DNA from: Camelus dromedarius
Lineage: Eukaryota
Direction: 5' to 3'
Assembly: GCF_036321535.1 (NCBI RefSeq)
Contig: NC_087436.1
Location: 93,312,001-93,376,000, forward strand
DNA length: 64,000 nt
Numbering within the stretch: the first letter of the stretch is position 1; the number at the start of each line of letters is the position of its first letter. A model generated the notes under the pieces. That model was not told the DNA's origin. It ran no database searches and worked only from the letters and a program-made list of their open reading frames with translations. Below are positions 42,601 to 53,925 of this stretch, piece after piece. The translations under genes were made by a program, and so were the position numbers.

Positions 42601-43370
42601 AAGGAAACCATAAACAAAATGAAGACAACCTACAAAATGGAAGAAAATATTTGAAAATGATGTGACCAATAAGGAATTAATTTCCAAAATATACAAACAG
42701 CTCATACAGCTTAATATTAAAAAGAAAAAAACAATCTACTCAAAAAATGGGCAGAAGACCTAAATAGACATTCCTCCAAAGAAGACATACAGATAGCCAA
42801 TAAGATGAAAAAATGCTCAATATCATTAATTATTAGAGAAATGCAAATCAAAACTGCAATTAGGTATCACCTCACACCAGTCAGAACAGCCATCATTAAA
42901 AAGTCTACAAATAATAAATGATGGAGAGGGTGCAGAGAAAAGGGAACCCTCCTATAAATATATAAATTAGTGCAGCCACTATGGAGAACAATATGGAGGT
43001 TCCTTTAAAAACTAAAAATAGAGTTTCCAAATGATAATCCCACTCCTGGGCACATATCCAGAGAAAACTCTAACGCAAGAAGATACATGCACCTCAATAT
43101 TCATAGCAGCACTACTGACAATAGTCAAGACATGGGAACAACCTAAATGTCCATTGACAGATGAATGGATAAAGAGATATGGCCTACTTATACAATGGAA
43201 TGTTACTCAGCTATTTAAAAAGAATGAAATAATGCCATTTCCAGCAACATGGATGTACCTAGAGATCACCATATTAAGTGAAGTAAGTCAGACAGAGAAA
43301 GATAAATATCATAGGATATCACTTATATGTGGAATCTTAAAAAAAAATGATACAAATGAACTTACTTAAA
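39620..43370 (+). pseudogene. L1 ORF2p remnant (endonuclease and reverse transcriptase), multiply disrupted
   Basis: Fragments at 39782-40243, 40231-40422, 42142-42435, 42423-42665 and 43031-43369 carry recognisable ORF2p motifs in different frames. Confidence 0.9.
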
Positions 43371-43749
43371 ACCAGAAATAGACTTGCAGACATACAAAAC
43401 AAACTATGGTTACCAAAGATGAAAGGGGAGGGAGGGATAAAATTAGGAGCTTGGGCTTAACATATACACACTACTATATATAAAATATATAAACAACAGT
43501 GACATCCTGTATAGCATAGGAAACTATATTCAATATCTTGTAATAACCTATAATGGAAAAGAATCTTAAAAAGAATATTATATATCTGAATCACTTTGCT
43601 ATACACTTGAAACTAATAAACACTGTAAATCAACTATACTTCAATTTTTAAAAATTTTTTAAAGACTTAATGATTGAAAGAATGTGAATATGTAGGAAAA
43701 AAATAGCAGTCGGGCCAGGAGGAGTGGTAAGGTGGTAACAATTTTTTTA

Positions 43750-44063
43750 AAAAGCACACACAAGCAGTCCTATGGGAAGACCTACATAGCAAGGAACTGA
43801 GACCTCCTGTCAACAGCCAGCAAAGACCTGAAGCTCCTGCTCACATGAGTGGGCCATGTGAACTTCCAGCCCCAGTCAAGCCTTCAGATGATTTCAGCCC
43901 AAGCCAGTATCTTGTTTGCAGCCTCAAAAAAGACCCTGAAACAAAACCATCCATCTAATCTTTCCAAGTTTCTGATTCACAGACACTGAGAAATGATAAA
44001 TTTTTTTTTATATAAGTTGCTGTTTAAGGTTAATTTGTTATGCAGCAACAGATAACTAATGTA
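43750..44063 (+). mobile_element. MaLR LTR (MLT1F-like), 3' half
   Basis: cacacaagcagtcctatggg...aaggaactgag...ccagccccagtcaagccttcagatga...taatttgttatgcagcaacagataactaat is a typical MLT1 3' end. Confidence 0.8.
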
Positions 44064-44109
44064 CCATTACAAAACTTTTAACAGTTTTCTTAACAAATAT
44101 CTAGAAATA

Positions 44110-45500
44110 TCCCTTCTTCTATTGCTATCTCCTCTCTCAATTCCCTCCCTGTATGTCTCAGGAACATTGTCTTATCAGCCATTCTTTCTCATTCTTATAT
44201 AATCAATGTCTCCCCTCCTCCTCTCTCAAAGCCAACTAATATGTTCAAGTCTCTCCCATCTTCAAATACAGAAAAAAAAAAAATCCTACTGTAACTTTAT
44301 GTTCCTTCTATCCCTGCTATTTAAAGGAGTCTCCCTTCTTCACTGTCAAGCACCATGAAATAATAATTTACACTCCCTCTCTGAGCTTTTGCAACTCCCA
44401 CCAAGCCTTAAACCACTGCAGTCACTGCAATCAAAGTTCACATTGTCCTCTTACAGCCAAAGGACCCTGCTTCTTAAATATTCTTGACTATCTCATAGGC
44501 TCCTCCAATAACACATTCAAACCTGAACTCATCCTTTCTTCTAACCTCATTCATCTTCCTATGTTCCCTACCTCAGGAAATTATACTACCCAGTTAATCA
44601 GGCCATAAATTTGGAAGTCACTCTCATTTCCCCATTTCGCTCACTTCCTCCATCCATTCAGTCTCTAAATCCCATCAATATTACATCCTTAGTGTCTCTC
44701 ACATTCACTTCCACTTTGCTGCCATCATCATCTTTTATCTACATTCCTGTAACAACCCTCTGGGGTCCCTGCTTCAGTATTGGCCACTACAATCATTTCC
44801 TTCCTTGCCACCAGGGTTATCTTCCCAAAACGTAATATAAAGGTCCCTTCCTTACTTTTGATTATTCCCCATTGTTTACAGATAAAATCTAAACTTCATT
44901 TAAAAATACTAATAGCTGTTAACTGCTATTGAGCACCTGACTATACGTCAAGCACTTTCAGATGGGCTTTACATGTATTAACTTTTTAATCCAAACAGTT
45001 CATGAGGTAGGCACTCAAAGTACTCTTAACATTTTACAGATGATGAACTAAGGCACAGGGATGCTAAGTAAGGTTTCCACAGTCACAGAGCTAGTAAATG
45101 GAAGGGCCAAGTTTTGAAGTCCAGCTGTCTGATTCCAGAGCCCATCCAATTCTTTTAGTTCTGACACCAAGCCCTAAGTCATGATGCACAAGGCCTTCCT
45201 TACCATGACCCAGTCTTTTCTCCCCGCAGCCTTTCCCAAATGCTATACGCGGCCCTGCTGCTTCCTAAACACACCCCGCTCCTGCCAAGTTCATGCTTCT
45301 GCTCAAACTGTTGTCATGATCTAGAAAATCCTTCTCCAGCCCTTGCTCTCACCTCTCCTCACCTTTACCTTCCTCATCCAACTGACAACATTTGCTCATT
45401 TATCAAGACTCAACCCACATCCATCTCCTCAAAATACTGATCCCTACCCAGGGAGAAATGTTCACTTCCTCCTCTGCAGCTACCAGGAACCGCAAACTCT
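44110..45500 (+). mobile_element. LINE-2 fragments interrupted by a MIR
   Basis: Pyrimidine-rich L2-like text (aacctgaactcatc, cccattgtttacagataaaatctaaac, caaggccttc). Confidence 0.5.
44915..45145 (-). mobile_element. MIR SINE
   Basis: tattgagcacctgactat...attttacagatgatgaactaaggcacaggg...gtcacagagctagtaaatgg. Confidence 0.8.
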
Positions 45501-45501
45501 T

Positions 45502-45930
45502 TGTGATAGACTGAAGTGTTGTCTGAAGAATATTCACTCTCCTCCCTTCCACTGTAAGCAGATGTCTTTTCCTGTCCCACTGACTTTGGACTTGGCCACA
45601 TCACTTGCTTTGGCAGTGGAATATGAGTAGCTGTGATGCAAGTGGAGACTTCAAATCCACTGCATGATTTGGCAGGGCTCTGGTGTACCTGTCATTCATT
45701 TGCCATAAAGACATCTCCCAGGTAGCCTCTAATCCAAGGAGAACAAACACACATGAAGCAGACCTGAACCCAAACCACAGCCTTGATTGACCCAGAGCCT
45801 TAAACAGAACTGCTCCAGCGGATGCTTGGATCTGCGAGCAAATAAAAAAAAATACTGCTGCTGTCCGCCTCTGTGAGTTTGGGGGGTGGTTTGTCACACT
45901 GCACTATTGTACCAAGAGCTGATTAATATA
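45502..45930 (+). mobile_element. MaLR solo LTR (MLT1H-like)
   Basis: tgtgatagactg...ttggccacatcacttgctttggc...aataaa...gagtttggggggtggtttgtcacactgcactattg...gctgattaatata. Confidence 0.75.
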
Positions 45931-47469
45931 TACCTAGAAGTCTTAATTTCATGTGTTTTTTTTTTACATATCTTGAGGGCTGAGAATAGTGCTAACAACA
46001 CTAAGAGCTCTTAACAGATTTTTAAAATATAAAACACACTTTTTGATGTATAATTCAGAACTGTTTCATATTTTTACTAAGTACTATAAATAAATGGGCA
46101 ACCATCACCACTAATTCTAGAATATTTCTATCAAGCTACTCATAACCATTATTAGTCTCTTAGTAGACTTTAAAATAATGAGTAACTTAATGATATGTAA
46201 GAAAATTCTTAGAACTCTTATTCCAAACTAAACATTGCAGAAAAAATGTTTTCTCAGAAATGTGTCTCCACTAGGGTTTTTTTTAAATCTTTTTTAAAAT
46301 TTTATTTTAAAAATAATTTATATTCACATTCACTATATATTTTAAATATCAATATTTAGTATTCTTTTAAATTGCTATTGCAAGGCAAAGCCCATTTGGG
46401 GATTTAATTTTCAGTCTGTAGATTACAGAGAGATGCTTACATAAAAGACACAAAGCATTCAGGAGGAAGAAGAATCTCACGTAGTTCAAAGCTATCAGTA
46501 ACTGAGGAAAATGTGACATAGAATCTGCTTTTGCACTTAAAAAAAAAAAAAAAAAACTTGGTCAAGTGCCAAAAATGAAACTCAAAGTTTTTAGTAATAA
46601 GGACCAGAGCTTCAAAAATTAGCAAATCCACACTTTAAAATAGAAATGTCAAAATCCAAAAAATGACAAGATTCAAAAACTACTCTTGTTGGATAATTGA
46701 CACCATATTTAAACACTCTTACTCTTTCTTTTTATAACAAAGAAAACTGTATTTTTTTAAAACAAACCTCTAATGACAATCTCATTTCACTCTATTATCA
46801 GAGAAAGAGGAGAGAGAGAGAGGTTCTTATTTCAGAGAGTAATTCCATAAAAGAGATGTCTTTGGAAAAATAGTTTATTAAAGACTTGAATGTTGAATAA
46901 TGGGATGTATTAAAAAACTCATGTTGTGGCAAAATGTTCTGAACTCAAATTTTCTACATATAGAAAAAGCACCCTAGACTTTGTTTTGCTGTGCTATCTG
47001 AATCTATTTTACCAAATTTAAGAAACCTGAAAGCCATCCCTCTAACCATCACTAGCCCTTAAAAAAAAATTTTTTTAAGAAGTGAAAATCTGACCAAGGA
47101 CTAGCAAAGAAACCAGTGAGCTTTTCAAGTATCCTAACTCTGCCTAAACTATCCACCCAGTTTTTATTTTTAACCTCCTCCTTCCCGTACAGGCTCTGCA
47201 TAGGATCCAGCTGTGCTGTGCCAATCTGGGTCACTCAACCAGAGGATCAGTGGGTGACAGCCGCCATATCCACTTTTAGAAGCCCGCATGCCTGGGGAGC
47301 GCGGGGGCACAGAGCCCAACATTCTCCAGCCCTGGAGGGTCCAGCAAACAGCAACTGCGTGGTTTTGCTATTTCTAGGCTTCAGGCTCCAAAAAAATACA
47401 TCCTTACCTGAGATACAAAGTTAAATGTAGAAATCAGATTCTACCCTCTGTTTTTATAAGTTCAACTTC

Positions 47470-47618
47470 TTTTTTTTTTTAAGATTCCATAGATAAGTGA
47501 GATCATACAATATTTGTCTTTCTCTGTCTGACATTTCATTTTGCATAATGCCCTCAAGGTCCATCCATGTTGCTGCAAATGGGAAAATGTCATTCTTTTT
47601 ACGGCTGAGTAGTATTCT

Positions 47619-47649
<31 letters not shown>

Positions 47650-48145
47650 ATACACACACATATATATACCACATCTTCTTTATCCAGTCATCTGTTGATG
47701 GGCACTTAGGTTGCTTCCATATCTTGGCTATTATAAATAATGCTGTGATGAACATAGTGGTGCATATATCCTTCTGAATCAGTGTTTCTGTTTTCTTTGG
47801 AAAAATACCCAGCAGTAGAATTGTTAATCATATGATAATCTATTTTAATTTTACCATAATGGCTGCACCAATTTACATGCCCACCAACAGTGTACAAGGG
47901 TTCCCTTTTCTCCACATCCTCACTAACACTTGATATTTGTTGTTTTTTGAGAATAGCCATTCTAACAAGTGTGAAGAGATACCTCATTACGGTTTTGATT
48001 TTAATTTCCCTGATGATTAGTGATATTGAATACCTTTTCATGTATTTGTTGGCCATTTGTATGTCCTCTTTGGAAAAATGTCTATTCAGTTCCTCTGCCC
48101 ATCTTTTAATCAGATTGTGGTATTGTTACTGAGTTGTGTGAGTTA
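47470..48145 (-). mobile_element. L1 ORF2 3' fragment lacking the 3' UTR (same strand as LIMCH1)
   Basis: Minus-strand translations [17 protein letters not shown]..., [18 protein letters not shown] and FAATWMDLEGIM. It ends in an A-tract right after the ORF2 C-terminus and contains a (TG)n tract. Confidence 0.92.
47623..47668. repeat. (TG)n-TA-(CA)n-(TA)n microsatellite within an L1
   Basis: Read directly. Includes a perfect 20-bp palindrome at 47641-47660. Confidence 0.9.
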
Positions 48146-48469
48146 TGCTATTTCTTAAATCAATACTTCAAAATCAATCTGATTCACTCAACTACATTTA
48201 GTAGCACCAATTAGGTGCTGGGTTGGGTACTTGACATTCAATGATATCTATAAAACTAACCCTTTTCTAGTCTAATAAAAATAGGAATAAAATAATCTAT
48301 TAATGCCTTTTTAAACCAATCTTAGATTACAATCCCATGCTTACCTCCAAGAAGTAGCCACTGTTTTGTTTCTTTATTATTTCCTTGCTTTTCTCTATAG
48401 TCTTGCCACCTATGTATGTGTCCCTATGTATTATGGCATTTTAATTACAAAGTTAGTAACATTGGTTAG

Positions 48470-48992
48470 TGACCTCCTCATCATCTCCTTCCCCAGATTC
48501 TCCTTTAAGGAATTCACCACTTCACAGTTTGGTGGCAGCCAGTGGTAGGGATGGACCTACCATCCCTTAGTAGGGAGGGACTGGGGTCAACACTGATTGG
48601 CTGAAGCTAATCGACTCATGTATTTCCCTGGTGATCACAAAAGAGGGATATGTCTCCTCTCTCTGCCTACAGGGTGTAAAGAGAATATGAGGACTGGAGT
48701 TACTCTTGTTTAGGCTAGCCCTCAAGTTGAAAAGCCTGGACTTCCTGGGATGGGTGGGGCAGGTGTGGATGCATTACACAAAGCCTGAGCAGAAAGCCAG
48801 ACAATGGACAGCACTGTAGAAAGGCTGAGAGAGCCCCTGTCCTTACTGATATCACTGAGCTGCTGAGTCAGCCTTGTCTGAAGTAGGACTCTACCTCCAG
48901 ACTGTCAATAGGCCAATAAACCATCTTTTTTTTCTAAAGCCAGTTTAGGCTGGATTTCTTTTGGTGGGAACCAACAGAATACTAAAATACAC
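48470..48992 (+). mobile_element. MaLR LTR (MLT1J/K-like)
   Basis: tgatatcactgagctgctg...gccaataaaccatc...taaagccagtttaggctggatttc...actaaaataca. Confidence 0.6.
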
Positions 48993-49499
48993 AAAAGAAT
49001 GTCTGAATGAAAAAATTACTAAACACACACTCATATAAAACCAAATGAAAAGGCAAACTTTTTTAACACATTACACAATTCACAACTCTTGATGGAAACT
49101 GAAAGTCAGTGGTTTATCATGTCAGAGCAACCCCAGGGTCCATCAGGCCACTGCGGAACCAAGTTCCCATATGCATTAGAAGGTAGGGCTGGGGAGATGC
49201 CTGGGGCCTCATTTGGATAAAATATTCTCCTTTCCAGGTAGCAGCAACTATCAAGTAGCATACTGGGTGAAGAGATTCATTTGGAGAGTTTCTTTAAAAT
49301 TACTGAAAACATGTCTAAAGCCAGTACTGGCCTCCAGCATCCTGAGGCATCATCCCCAGCCCCACCCCATCTGCCTCTTCACTACTGCTCTCCCTCATAA
49401 ATTATTGTCATGAACTATGGTAATCTGAGGAAGTTTGGAGAAAATCTGATGGCTGTCCTCCCAGAGAGAGCCAGCCCTCCCTCCCCCGACAGCCTCCAG

Positions 49500-49893
49500 C
49501 TTCACTCTGCACCTCCCTTGCCCTGACTCCCAGCACCGCTGCCTCACTGGGCTCCTCTGACTCTTCCTTTGGAGTCTTCGCACAGCCCACAGCCTCCATC
49601 CGGAAGACGATCTCCTTCTCCCTTTTGTCTGGCCAGTTCCCGCTCATCCTTTGGGTCTCAGCTGAAACAGCACTTCCTGAGAAAGGCTGCCCGAGGCCCT
49701 GTGGACCCCCTCTCTCCATATTCCATACAAGCTGTTCTTCCCTTTCTGAACATGCCCTCTGCCCCCCGCCCCAGAACTCTGTGTTCAGGGTCTCCTAGTA
49801 GAATGTAGCCCCACGAGGGTGGGGACCACATTTGTCTCATCTACTACTGAGTTCCTGGGACATGCTCAATAAATATATGATAAATGAGTGAAT
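49500..49893 (+). mobile_element. L2 3' end
   Basis: tcatcctttgggtctcagct...tagaatgtagccccacgaggg...tgctcaataaatatatgataaatgagtgaat. Confidence 0.65.
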
Positions 49894-50322
49894 AATGTCC
49901 CAAACTGCGACAAGTTGCCAACAGGCATAGACTGGCTCAGGAAGGCCACACGAGTAACAGCCTAGAAGCTAACAACCAGTTTCTTCATTTCCAGCTCATC
50001 TCCCAAGAGCTTCTCACCTACAACAAATAACTCTTGTGGGTTCCCTTGGGGAGAAGAATGCTGCTTTTAAGTACCACCAAGGTACAGAATCCCATGGAAA
50101 GATGACTCAGGGGGGAAAAAAAAAAAAACTACACTATTCCACTTCTCCAAAAACAGTAGGATCTCCTCCCAGGAATGTTATCCAAGGTCATCTGATAGTA
50201 GACAGGAAATGTGAAGTTCCTAAAAATGTTTCCTTAGGACCCAAGCCCCTAATCTGTGTGTATGAGCATGTGAGTGAGAGGTAGTAAGTGTGCATGAAAC
50301 ATTAAGGTCCAAGTATTTCTAC

Positions 50323-50574
50323 AGACTGGGAGTTCGAAATTTGTAGATACTGACAGGCATATGCAGGACAGATAAACAAGATTATACTGTGTAGCACAGG
50401 GAAATATACACAAGATCTAGTGGTAGCTCACAGCAAAAAAAAAAAAAAAAGCAACAATGAATATATGTATGTTCATGCATAACTGAAAAATTGTGCTCTA
50501 CACTGGAATTTGACACAACATTGTAAAATGACTATAACTCAATAAAAAATGTAAAAATAATAATAATTTTTAAA
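50323..50574 (+). mobile_element. 5'-truncated lineage-specific L1 3' end
   Basis: The terminal ~100 nt resemble the 6566 element. 19-bp TSD aag(g/a)tccaagtatttctac at 50304-50322 and 50575-50593. Confidence 0.9.
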
Positions 50575-53349
50575 AAGATCCAAGTATTTCTACTATAAAA
50601 CAATATGCATATCCCTGGAAAATGAATGAATAATGTCCCAAAGTAGGACAAGTAATCAAAAACCTCATATGTGGCAAAAATCACACACTAAAAAGTAACA
50701 GGGTTTATGGAAAATTCAGAGTTGGGGCAGAAGGCTCAAATCCCATTCAACTTTGTAACCAGAACACTAACAAAAACAATAAGAAACTGAAAATTACCAG
50801 CACAGATTAAAAAGATGTTTTCTATTTCCTATCATAGAATAAAAATGGGACTTTTGCCAAAAAGGTGGAGCAGGGCAAGGGTGCAGGATGGAAAGGGTGT
50901 GAGGAAAGACTGAAGCTGCTGCATCATGGAGATAAGATAAAATGCAGAAAGTTCAGGAAAATCAGACCTTTTAATAAGCACTAAGCCAAGCGAAGCCCAG
51001 AGCAAGAACAAGGTGCCATCGCATTCGTGGTTCACTTTTATAGCCTCCTTCCCTTTCAGTTACTACCAATTGGTGGTGCAAATACTAAGGTGCTAAGAAC
51101 AATCTCACATGAACCATTGCAACTTGCATCTTAAAAGCATTACTCCTGATTTCCCAATTGCATATGCAATAATTCACACCACAGAAACATAAATTGTAGC
51201 AGAACTTGTATTTGCTTAGAACACCAGGGGCCAACACCGGTGAGGGGTCTAAGAGTGGAGATGCAAGTAGGAGGTACCAAGAGAAGTACCACTGTGAGGG
51301 GCACCGTTTGAGGGCCCTGGAGCCACATGAGATCAGTCCTGACCAGCCTGCCTGCCAGTCTTAACATGAGTGAAACTCACTGGAACAGGCAGAGTAGAGA
51401 ACCTTGAACCTGTTCAGTGGGCAATGGATATCTGGGTTACACAAGGACTAAACAGGATGACAGAAGTGGAGCACCCAGCACCACGCCTGGCAGGACACAC
51501 ACTAACTACACATGCTTTCTTCCTCCTGTTAATAATCATTTCTGTTCCAGGACTACCTGAATGCAGACAGGGAGCCAGGTCTCAACCAAGGGGAAAGAGA
51601 TCGGTGAAAAGAAAGGGGGTAAAAATAGTTCCACCCATCAGCTGTGGTTTATTCTGCTCCTGTAACGGTTCTTCGTCAAAGTCCTAACCACTCTCCTGCC
51701 AAAATGTATCTTTCTGAAAGGTTTCAGAGAATGTGCTTGGGAGTCATAGAGGTGGAACTGTTTCCTAGCAACTAACAGTACCATGCACATAGAAGATGCT
51801 CAATGAACAGCTGTTAAGGGAAAGCGGAGGACAGAGGGAGGGGCAGGTATAGTTGGGATGATGATCTTTATAGAAGTTTTCCTTTTACTTCTAGAGAACA
51901 GCAGTCACCAGCCCAAGCTCAGGCTCTGGAACAAAACTGCCTGTGTTCAAATCCCAGCTATGCCACGTATTAACTATGTGACTTCAGGCAAGTTAACATT
52001 TCTGTGCTCCACTTTTCCCGTCATGTAAAATGGGCATAAAATGGCGCTTATCTGCCAGACACAGTGCTAGGTTTATATATATATATAATGTATATTATAT
52101 ACATTATATTATGTTATATTTTATTATAGTATATTATCTCAAGCACCTAGACTAGCACCATCACATCATAAGGGCTCTGGAAGTGTGCTATATTAACTAT
52201 TATTATTTTTATTTGGCACTGAGCTAGCCACCTAATCACTTTACTTTATCACATCCCGTCAACTCTTGCAACATGAGGAATCAGGCTTCCACTTGTCGCC
52301 CCCACCTCTATATATGACATCTTGCAAGGTTCCTGAGGAAGCAGGCAGCAACCACGTCTGTTGGTTGATAACAGCACTCAACTCCACAAGCTCTTTTTTT
52401 TTAATCTTTTGTAGGAAGGGCAAAGAGGATACCGTTTCTCAGTGTTTCCATTGGGTCATGACAACGAGTGACCATAACCATAGTCACTTATTAATACCAC
52501 CTGCTGGTCATTAGTCTTTGTGGGGTATTGTCCTTCTAAAAATATCTATCTAATAAGAACTCATGCAGATGACCACTCCAATAAGATTCCTCCATGCTTT
52601 CTTCTTAACTGGACTCCTCCAACAGGTGAGGGGGAGAGAAGGAGGTGAGAGTCCCGGTGCAGAATGCTGGGGAGCATGTTTACTTAAAGAAAGGTGTTTG
52701 CTCTCCAACCCTGCAGACAGGAACTGCAAGCATAGTGAGCCCTGCACCAGTCTAACCTGAGGGGAAGGGTGGCCACCTAAATAATTCCTTCAGCTGATGC
52801 CACCTGCCCAACAGCCAACAGCAGAATCACTTTCCAAGTGTCCAATCACTGACTGTCTCCAGGCGACTACTGGGTAAACTGCTTTTTTTAATCAGTCTTT
52901 AAAAAAAATAAAAACACTTTGCTTCCTGTCAGGGCAGCAACAGAGTCTATTTTCTCTGCCACTGAACAGTCCAAGTGCCAATCAGGCGATTGAAGCTGCT
53001 GGGCACAGATTCACTGAGGAATCTCTCAGGCAGGGGGGAATGTGGCTCTGGGACCTGGACCGGGAGCGGAGTGAATAAACCGAGGGAGAGAGGGACAATC
53101 ACTAAGACCCAGACCTTGGCCACGAGAGCTCTGGGGTTTATCAAAGTAGGCAAATCCCAAGCAGCCACATATTCATTGCAATGAAATATGACAACTTTCT
53201 AACAGAGGTGAATACTAAATGTCAGGTGTGCACAGAGAAGGGAGGATTAGCAGCTTAGAGAAATCAGGGAGTCTGCCTCAGAGGCAGTCATATTTAAGCC
53301 CTGTCTCAAAAGGATTTGTCCCTGGAGAAGTGGAGAAAGGGCATTCCAT

Positions 53350-53925
53350 GGTGCCCCTAACTCAACCGCCATTCTCCCCTTTCTCCTGAGGAACAGAACC
53401 TAGATTATAACCTGGGAACATTGCATGCTCCCCCTGCAGTCAGGAGTGGCCATGTCACTGAAATTCTGGGCAATAAAACAGAAGCAGAAGTGTCAGGAAG
53501 AAATTTCTAAAAGTCATCTTATACGGGAAGGAAGCACTCTTCATTTTCCCTTCCTCCATCTTGCTTCCTGGAAAGGTGATGTGATGATGAATCTCTAGCA
53601 GCCATATTGTACCATGAGGTGGGGGGGGGGGGTCCTCTAGAGATGGTGGGTTTGAGTATTAAAAGAAACCTAAGGGGGAGGGTATAGCTTAGTGGTAGAG
53701 TGCATGCTTAGCATGAAGGACGTCCTGGGTTCAATCCCCAGTACCTCCACTAAAAATAATAAATAAATAAAATAAACCTAATCCCCTCTAAAAAAAATAA
53801 TTTTTTTAAAAAAGGAAAGAAACCTAAGTTACAGACCGACCTCCTGAGTTTACAACTTAGGGGGCTTCCAAATGACATGTGACTTTATTAGTTTATAAAG
53901 CACCTTCTTTTAGAAGAATTGGGGT
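53350..53925 (+). mobile_element. Old ERVL/MaLR LTR (LTR33/MLT1J-like) hosting a Vic-1 SINE
   Basis: ccctgcagtcaggagtggccatgtcactgaaattctggg...cttcctggaa...gcagccatattgtaccatgagg. Confidence 0.55.
53675..53815 (+). mobile_element. tRNA-derived SINE, Vic-1-like (camelid), inserted into an old LTR
   Basis: Same head with A and B boxes. Perfect 13-bp TSD aaagaaacctaag at 53662-53674 and 53816-53828. Confidence 0.92.

Larger units (their letters stand above)
37207..43663 (+). mobile_element. Near-full-length LINE-1 (cetartiodactyl type), inactive, antisense to LIMCH1
   Basis: 5' end ggccaagatggc (YY1-like), ~1.1-kb 5' UTR, ORF1 remnants (NLRDLWDNIKCSNIHII), endonuclease remnants (IFHANGNQKKAGVAI, TIIVGDFN), RT region (LFADNMILY), C-terminal remnants (WEQPKCPLTDEWIK), and a 3' UTR ending aactatacttcaat plus an A/T tail. 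Confidence 0.97.

Noticed and set aside
38339..43370. Active or domesticated reverse transcriptase gene
   Set aside because: Numerous stops, frameshifts and small deletions in both ORFs, and the catalytic FADD motif reads FADN.
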